DNA of 64,000 nt, taken from contig JAZQOS010000005.1 in the NCBI GenBank assembly GCA_045627925.1, positions 2,900-66,899 of the forward strand. Reading direction: 5' to 3'. A model generated the notes under the pieces. It had not been told where the DNA came from and did no database searches. It saw nothing but the letters and a program-made list of their open reading frames with translations. Every line of letters starts with the position of its first letter. Within the stretch, counting starts at the first letter, position 1. The DNA comes from Kiritimatiellia bacterium. GTDB taxonomy: Bacteria; Verrucomicrobiota; Kiritimatiellia; RFP12; UBA1067. Below are positions 35,377 to 44,300 of this stretch, in pieces. Position numbers and translations under genes: made by a program.

Positions 35377-38300
35377 ATGAAGAAGAACCTACTCGCCAAG
35401 ACCATTCTTTTCGCGACCATCGCTTTGATGGCGGCGTTCGGAGCTCGGGCAGACGTCGCGGAAGGCGACATCTACTCGATCGATCTTGTGAATGATCCGG
35501 ATTACGGCGGGATAATCCCGACGGAGAAGTCTCCGCTCACAATCGGGCAGAAGGCGGTTATCCGCGTCCGGCTCATCAACAAGGTTCCCGGTACGCCCGG
35601 CGGGAACTGGAAGTTCGTCGGTACTCCCGGCGCGGTAGCGTTTCCGCCGCAGCTCGGAATTATGCTCGGCGGTCAGCCGGTTAGGGCGGACTACGTTACC
35701 ACCGTGACCGAGGGCCTGATGGACAACTACACCGACCTCATCTTCGAATATAAGGTCAAGAGCGGCGACCTTGCGATGCCGGCGTTGCTTATGAACAAGA
35801 ACGGCGCGCCCGCGAGCGACGAAATCTCCACCGACTACAAGCTCTTCAACACGGACGGATATTGGACGCTGACCAATAACGAGGGTGCCAAGGCGGTCTT
35901 CCACTTCTGCCCGGAGAATAAGGAGGTCCCCGACCAACCGTACCTCAACCCGAATCGTTGCATCAGCGGCGTCAAGCTCGGGCTTTTCGTGAAAACCGTC
36001 GATTTCGACAAGAACTACGCCGAGCCGCCGGAAACCGAGTACGAGACTGGCGTTTGGCGCAAGATCCACCGCAATATGACCTCGACGACGCAGTATGGAT
36101 TGCCGACGGTTCTAGTCGACGGCAAGGCCGAGGAAGCGTGCACGATGTACGTCTGGGTTAAGGACGAGGATATCGCCTGCCCGCTGACGAGCGACGGTGC
36201 GGAATCGGTAGATGGTCGGATGCTTCTTACGGTGTCGGTTCCCAAGGGTGAAAGCTCGGTTCCGTTCCGGCTCAAGGGTCTTAAGAACGGCACGACCGAA
36301 GTGCGCATGAGCTCTTCCAAGAATCTCGTTTACGATGATTTGGGCCATCTTGTCGAGAACTGGGTTTCGCGGACGATTCAGGTCGTCGATCCGCCCAAGC
36401 CTTTTGCCTCAATCGAAATTACGGATGTGGCGTCGAAGCCGTTGACGAAGTCGACGATTACTTGCACGAGCAATTACGAAGATCCGGTTGCGCTGATGAC
36501 GGTTAGTCTCTCGCAAGCGCCGGCCGAGAAGGTTGTCGTTAAGCTTAATGCGGCGTTTGAAGATAAAGACGGCAACTCGGAAGAGAGCAGCAAGATTTTC
36601 GATTACCTCGGTATCAGCACCAGCCCCGACGGTTCGCCGTGGCTCGGAACGACCGCGTCGGTGACATTTGAGGCGGGTGATTCCAATCCCCAAAAGACGC
36701 TCTACCTTTACGCGAAAGGTACGACGGATAAGCTCGCGAGCGAAGGCGTAAAGTTCACGCCGATTCCGGAAGGTTCGCCGGAGTTCGAGCCCGAGGAGAG
36801 CGAGTCGCACTTCTACAATCTCATTATCAAGCATTGCACACCGGTAATTACCAGCCCGACGAGCGCGGATAAGATTACAGATGCGGTCGCCGGCGTTTCG
36901 TATCCGGTAACGTTGACGATTTCCGACAGCTTCAACAACTTGAAGGGCGGCGATAATTATCAAGTCAATTATCGTGTCAAGCAGGCGGGCACCACGGGCA
37001 GTTGGGTGAAACTCGATTCGGTTTCAATTGACGACCCGGAAATCGGCGAGGCCACAATTGACGTCGACTTTGATATTGAAGGCGAGGGAACCTTGGAAAT
37101 CTATATCGCCAAGAATCCCGAGGGCAAGGCATCGGCGCACATCAATATTCCGATTACCGTCGCGGCGGCCAAGAAGGCGTGGGCGACCCTTGATCGGGAA
37201 GACGGAATTTACGCGGAAGGCGAGAGCGCGAAAGTGATATTCCATCTTTCGGAGCAGTATGGATCGAAGCCGGTTTATGGCTTCCTCGTTCCCTATAATG
37301 AAGACGCCAGGAGCGGGAAGGTCACCTCGGAGTTGATTCCGATTGAAGGATCCCCTGCGCCGACGAGCCATGCGATTATCTTGGGCAACAGCACCGACTC
37401 GAGCACCAATCCGGTTGACATTAAGATTGAAGATGGCGCGGCGACGGCGATGTACCAAGTGTTCATTTGCACGCAAGAAAAATATAATGCAAACAAGGCG
37501 GCGGGTTTTGCCTCGGATATTATTACCATTCGCGGAATCAATGTGGAGCCGACGATTAAGAGCGTGTCGATTGGCGGCACGGATATTACGGTAAGCGGCG
37601 TAGTGTTGGAGGACGATCCGGTAGTGCGTGATATTACGAAGAAATTCCGGGTCTCGATTGGCAACACGGAGCCGAGCAAGCTCGACCGGGATGGTACTGG
37701 CGACGATACCTTCCGTACGCAATGGAAGTTCGGCAACAACGAATGGGTGGATATGGACGGGAATCCGGAGGCGGACACCTCGTTTATCGAACATGCGTTC
37801 AACTCGTCGGGCAATCACATCGTAAAGGTTCGTGTCCAAGATAAGGACATGCGTAAGGAGAGCAAGTGGAGCGAAGAGTTTACCTTCACGGTCGTCGTTC
37901 TCGATTCGCCTTCGATTATCATTACTCCGATTGCCGGTTCGACCATCTTTAACGAAAGCCAGCGCGGTCGCGCCAACAGTCTTTTCGCGGTGACCTTGAG
38001 CGCGGCCCCGGTATTTGCAAACGCGGACGACAAACTCGTGGTGGATTTGGCGTCGGCGCTTCCGGTTCAGTGCGTGCTTTCCAAAACCCAAATCACGTTC
38101 CGCAACGGTGACAAGGGCAATTTAACCGACTCGGCTTTCCAATTCTATTTCTCGGATCTCGACGGCACGCAGGCGACGGCACGCGATTTTAAGATTACCG
38201 CCAAGGTGAATGCGTCCGAGTCGGCGACCGACGCCGAAGGCAAGAGCTGGGCGGACGGCGAGGCGGACATTACCGTTCTTAATGAGGCGCCAACGATTTT

Positions 38301-41300
38301 GCAACCTCAGGATTCGCCGGTTGACGAGGAGGGCAATCCCAAGCCGGAAGTGCATCCGCTAGGCACGGAAGTGACGATTTCGTGGTCGGTGAAAGATGTT
38401 GATCAGGATATCGCGGGTCTGGAGATTATTTGGCGCACGAGCGAGGGCGCGCAAGTGACCTACCATCAGGGCACGGGAACGGATACGGAAACCGACAAAT
38501 ATGTAGCTGACATTAAATCGGGTACGCACAAGTTCGCCTTCCAAAGCTCTGGCGACGGCAAGACGATTACGATGATCGCCCAAGATAAGGATGGCGATTC
38601 TTCGTTCGTGACCCGTTACTATAATGTGACTGCCGCGAAGCAGCTTGAAGTCATTCCGCACGGTCCGGAGTCCGGCGCCGGAACTCCGCTCTCCCATCGT
38701 TACAGCAACGCACTCAATCACATAGTCGCGGGCGTGGAGCGCGGCGGTCTGGGATCGGGCTATGTTTGGGTGGATGGAATGACGCAGGGAGATAAGGGTA
38801 AGACCCAGGTCTACAACTGCGGTAATGCGACTTCAAAGCGCGTCAAGGCCGTTGGCTACAAGGTCGGCGATACCGGATATTCCGACGCGACGCTCGATTC
38901 GTACGCCTATGCGTTCTTGCAGGTCGTCCACTCCGAGGGCGGCAAGAGCAAGCCCACCGACGTGATGTTGGCGCTCGCCCCGAACGAACACCTCGGCGAA
39001 ACCGCTACGACGACGACGGACTTGCCGACCGAACCCAACAAGGACGGCTCCTATCTTGAGACCACGGTCGAGGCAATCTTCTCCAAGGAATATCGTTGGC
39101 AGGATAACTGCGGTGATATTAACGGCGACGGTATTCCGGACTGGGTGATCGCCAAGTACGGTCTCGGAGTGTACGACATCGATTCGCTGGAACTGGTCGC
39201 CAACGACCTTACGGACGTTTCGGCGTACAACGAGGACGAGGATTTGCTTCCCAAGGGCAGCGCGGGCGGAAACACCCTCGTACCGAACGCGCCTTCGGGT
39301 TGGGACGAAAACATGCCTTTCCATGCACAGTTGGAAATTCGCGGATTTGGCATAGGTCTTAACGCTCGCTATCCGAACAGTGACGGCTCAATCCCCGCTC
39401 GCGACTTTACGATTTACGAGGAGATGGCTTTCCGGACGTATTATAACGAGACGGAGGCCAAGGACGACGAATCGTTGAGGGTTCCGGTGGCTACCGAGGA
39501 CAAGAAGGCCTTGGCGCCGCTGGACGAGGATGGTGTGCAAGCGGCGCGTCTGGACGCGTTTTGGCAGACGACGACTTGGACGCCGGAGAATCCGACCGAT
39601 CCTACCAAGGCGGATACTGATGGCGACGGCATGGAAGACGGCTACGAATATTGGTTCTGGTACGGCGCGACGGTCGGCTATCCTAATGGCGAGGGCGCAT
39701 GGCAGGGCCGGATGACCGGTCGTAGGCTCAACGAAGACGATATCGACAGCTTTACGGTTATTCCTTCTACCGATATTGCCAACGCCTTCAATCCTACGGT
39801 TTCCGGAGTTACGGAAGGAAATGCGGCGACGATGGGTACGCTCGCGACGCGCGACTTCGATGGCGATGGACTCACCGACTTCGAAGAATATGTAATCGGT
39901 ACCAACCCGGTCGATTTCGATACCGATGGCGACGGGATGATGGATGGCTGGGAAGTTCTGCGCGGACTTAATCCCTGCAGCAACAAGGAAATCGATCCCA
40001 ACCAGGGTCCGCTCAATCCCGACGGCGACGTGATGGCCTACACCGATCTTAAGACGGAGCTTTATCCGGGGTTGGATCGCGACAAGCAGCCGACCATTAC
40101 GATCACGCTCGAGCGCGAGGTAATGAATCAGGTCTTCAATCCCAGCACCTTCCAGATTGAAGAGGTGCCTTCCACGGTCGTCTACTTCTACGTTGTGTTG
40201 GACGAGGATTTCGTCACTTTGCGGGAGACATATGAAGAGGCAATGAATTTGCTCGAGTATTATCGTGAAATACTCCCGGAGATTAGAGATCCGGAAATAA
40301 GAGCGGAGATTGAGCAGCAGATTGCGGAGCTTGAGAAGACTCCTCCGCCCGACAGTTTCAAGGGGCTTGAACTTTGCCACTTCGATAAGGCGGATAAACC
40401 GGACTACGATCTCGATTATATCCTCAGCACCTACTTCCATTCCATTGGCGGCGAACTCGTGGCGAAGAATCCGGGAACTTACGGGGTTCAGAAGCTTAGC
40501 GAAGAGGATTTGGAGAACATGGTCTACGAAGAGGACGTTCAAGCGGAGACGCACCATGCGTTTGCGCTTCTCCACAATCAGCTTTATAACGTCTTCGGGT
40601 TTAACCCGCAAACCGGATGGGGCGGCGGAACTTACGAGCGCGCCTACAATACGCTTTACGAATATCAGCTCTTCAAGTATCGTCAGTTGGTTCTTGGCGG
40701 GCTTTTGAGCGCCAATCCAAACACGATTCTCAATCGCTTCTCGATTAATACTACCAATCCGTCGTTGCCGTATGAAATTACGTATGGCGACAAGGAATCC
40801 GCCAGCACGAGCGACAATCACGGCGCGGATAGCGACGCGGACGGAATGCCCGACGGCTGGGAACTTTACGTGGGGCTTAATCCGAGCAATGCCCAAGACG
40901 CTTCCCTTCCGCCCGATTTGGACGGCGATAAGCTTAGTCAGCCGCAGGAATTCGCGGGCACGACTTCGACGCTTGCTTACGAAGGGTGCGAGTCGATTAT
41001 GGCGCACTTCGATTCGGTTTGGCCGAACAAGTTCTATCCTACCGATCCGCACAATTCCGACACGGATGGCGACGGTATCTCGGATGGAGAGGAAGGCGGT
41101 TATTGGGAATATTACTTCTACGACGGGCGGCAGAGCTATCACGATCTTCAGCACTTTACCTTCAATTACGACAGTAGCATCGACAGGCGTAAGGGATTTG
41201 CGCGCTTTGAAGTTTGCTACCGTGGCGGCGGGCTTAACCCGAACTCGATCGATACCGACCAGGACGGACTCCCCGATCTTTGGGAAATGCAGTTTGCGGG

Positions 41301-44300
41301 CTTCGTGGTTAACGGCGAGGGTGTTCCGGTTTATGGCCCCGCGGTCTACACGGATAAGCTCAAAGCGGCGGATGGAACCTTGAACGGTATCACTCCGATC
41401 ATCGATACGCCGGATCCCGATCGCAATAGCCGTAATGGCAACGGACACTTTATCGCGGGCGGTATGGACGGCACCTACTCGTACGATGCGTATACCGATA
41501 TGGATGTAGCCGAGAGAATGGATTATCGTACCGGCACCTACCGCGATTACGACTTCGACGGCGATGGACTTCAGAACTATCAGGAGTATATGACGCAGGC
41601 GGTTCGTTCCTTCCGCTACGACGATAGCGAAACTCCGCTCAACGGACGCATCGTCAAGTGGTCGGAGGACAAATTGAATGCGGAGATTATCGCTGAAAAG
41701 GAGAACGCCAACGGCGCGATTATCAGCGAGCGCGTGGCAATGGACGGTTACAATTATCCGGCGTTTGATTATACTTCGGCGATCAACTTCTACGCAATCG
41801 CAATCGAGGACGAAGCCAATGCGGGAATGAAGGCGCTTTACGAGTCGGCGGATAACGATTACGATCCCAAAAATTGGGATTGGGCGTCGACTGGCTATTT
41901 TGCGCCGCCGCCGCACGAGTGGGACCCCGCCGCATCGTTGATTCCGGATGGAATTTACATGCTCCCGCCGTCTTCGTTGCTGGAGGGGTCGGGTACGCTG
42001 CCTATGCGCACCATATCTCTCCGCTATGTTTCCACCGATCCGCGCCAGTGGGATAGCGATAACGACGGAATGGACGACTATTGGGAACTCTACCATGGTC
42101 TTAACCCGCTTTACGGCGGCGAGACCGGTCGTGATATCATTTCGGAAATCGCGTTTGGGCTTACGGCCAAGGAAAACGCCTGGACCCAGTTCGGCGACCT
42201 CGAGGCCAACTACGACTTCGATCGCTATCCGTGGCTCGCGGGCGCGCCAGACGCCGACCCCGACAACGACAAGATTCGTAACTTCGAGGAAGCGATCACG
42301 GGTAATATGACCAGTCCGACTACGAGCCATACCGACCCGACTCCGCTTTGGATGACCGAGCCGTCGGTGCCGCTTTCGGTAACGCGCCAGAGCTACGCCT
42401 ATTATGACACGAAGCTACCTTGGGAGGTGGCGAGCGAAGGCGTGGATTCCGGACGTGACTACATCTTTACCTTCGAGGGCAACGAAGGTTACGATACGGA
42501 TAACGACTGGACGGCGGATGCGCGCGAACTTACCGCCGGCATCATCGCCGCGACCGATCCGCTCGTCGCGTCCGATCCCTACCGTCGCGCGGCGATTTAC
42601 CTCGGCGGCGAAGACGATAAGGGCGTCGCCTATCAGCGCACTGGTTCTTACATCAATAAGTTCAGCGAGAAGCTGAATTCGGATGCGGCCTACGACATGT
42701 TCCGCCAGTTCACCGTCGAGTGCTGGGTGAAGCCGGAAGCCGAGGGAACGATTCTCGAGCGCGGCGCCGTGTATACTCCGGCGACTGCGGGCGCCGAACA
42801 AAACGAGGAACAGTGGCGCGCCAACTTCCGTCTGGAACTCAAGGACGGCAAGTTCGTCGGATCGTTTGACGACTCGGCGGCGGTTCCCTCGGGTACTCCG
42901 GGTTCGGGTTGCACCGTCATCTCTCGCGAGAGCGCCAAGTTCGGCGAGTGGACGCACCTCGCGCTTTCCTACGATGGCAAGGAGCTGAGGCTCTACGTCA
43001 ACGGCGAGCAGCAGGCCTACGCACTTTGCTCGCTCATTCCGGCGAACGGCATCATCCCGATTTTGCAGGATCCGACTTGGAGCGCGGATTATCCGAACGC
43101 CAGCTTTGAGACGGCTCCGGGATCGTTGGTAATCGGTGCGCGCCACATTAAGTATCCGTTGGCCTTCAATTCGCCGAGCGAGGACGAAGAGGTGGAATAT
43201 CCGACCACGATTGAAGATGCGCTTACCGACTTCTTCAAGGGTTATGTCGCCGAAGTCCGGATTTGGGACGGCGCGCGTAGCGAAACGCAACTTCGCGCCG
43301 ATCGCGAAAAGGCCTACACCGTCGAGGACGTCGAGGCCAATCGCACCGAAGTCTTCGAGGCGTGGAGTAACGAGGCGAAACGCAATGATAACGCGAACGC
43401 GATAGGTACGGCGGCCATTCCTCCGCAGCTCATGATGCACTACGACTTTACGTCGTTGCCGGGTGCGACCAAGAAGGATGATGTCGCATTGGTGCCGGGT
43501 GGCTTCAATCCGCTCGCGACCTTCGCCGAGGACAATGATGAGGTCGAGCCGGAGTTGCTCATGCCGAGCTGGTGGATCAACAAGAGCTCGGTTTACACGG
43601 ACGCGACGGTGCTTCCGTGGATCGAGAACTCGGTCGCGCACCTGACGGCGATGGACGGTTCGTTCGCCGACTCGATCTATTGGGCCGATGCGCGCGCGAG
43701 CTACGTGCCTTCGAGTGCGTCGGGTTATGACAGCTTCAAGATTCCGAACTCGGCGAACCCCTACGGGTGGACGACGGACGAACTCGAAAACGACAATCGT
43801 CGCTTTAAGCTCATCCGCTACGAGGAAATGCATCCCGAGTACGAGGGGCTTTACCTCAAGTGGAAATTCGCGAGCCGTAGCCGTATGGTCGGCGTTACCG
43901 ATCTTTTGCCGCTCGGCGGCGCTTTCGCCAAGCGCGAGAGCGACTATTGGGACGGCCAGGGCGCGATGACCGCCTGGACGCTGACCGGAGTCGATACCGA
44001 CGGCGACGGCGTGCCGGATTGGTACGAAGGCGATCCCGCCGACTATATGCGCGAGCTGGTCGCCGGACTCTTGCCGGACGGCAAGACGGATTCCGCCTTC
44101 CGCGATCTCGCCGACTTCAACGGCAACGGACTTCCCGATTGGTGGGAGCAGATCTACGGTATCTCGGGTCAGAACGGCCACACCGATAGCGACAAGGACG
44201 GACTTTCGAACTACGTCGAATACCTCCTCAACGAGGTGTACACGATTCCCGAAAAGGCCTTCGATCCGATTAATCCCAAGACCAACGGCTATGTGCCCGA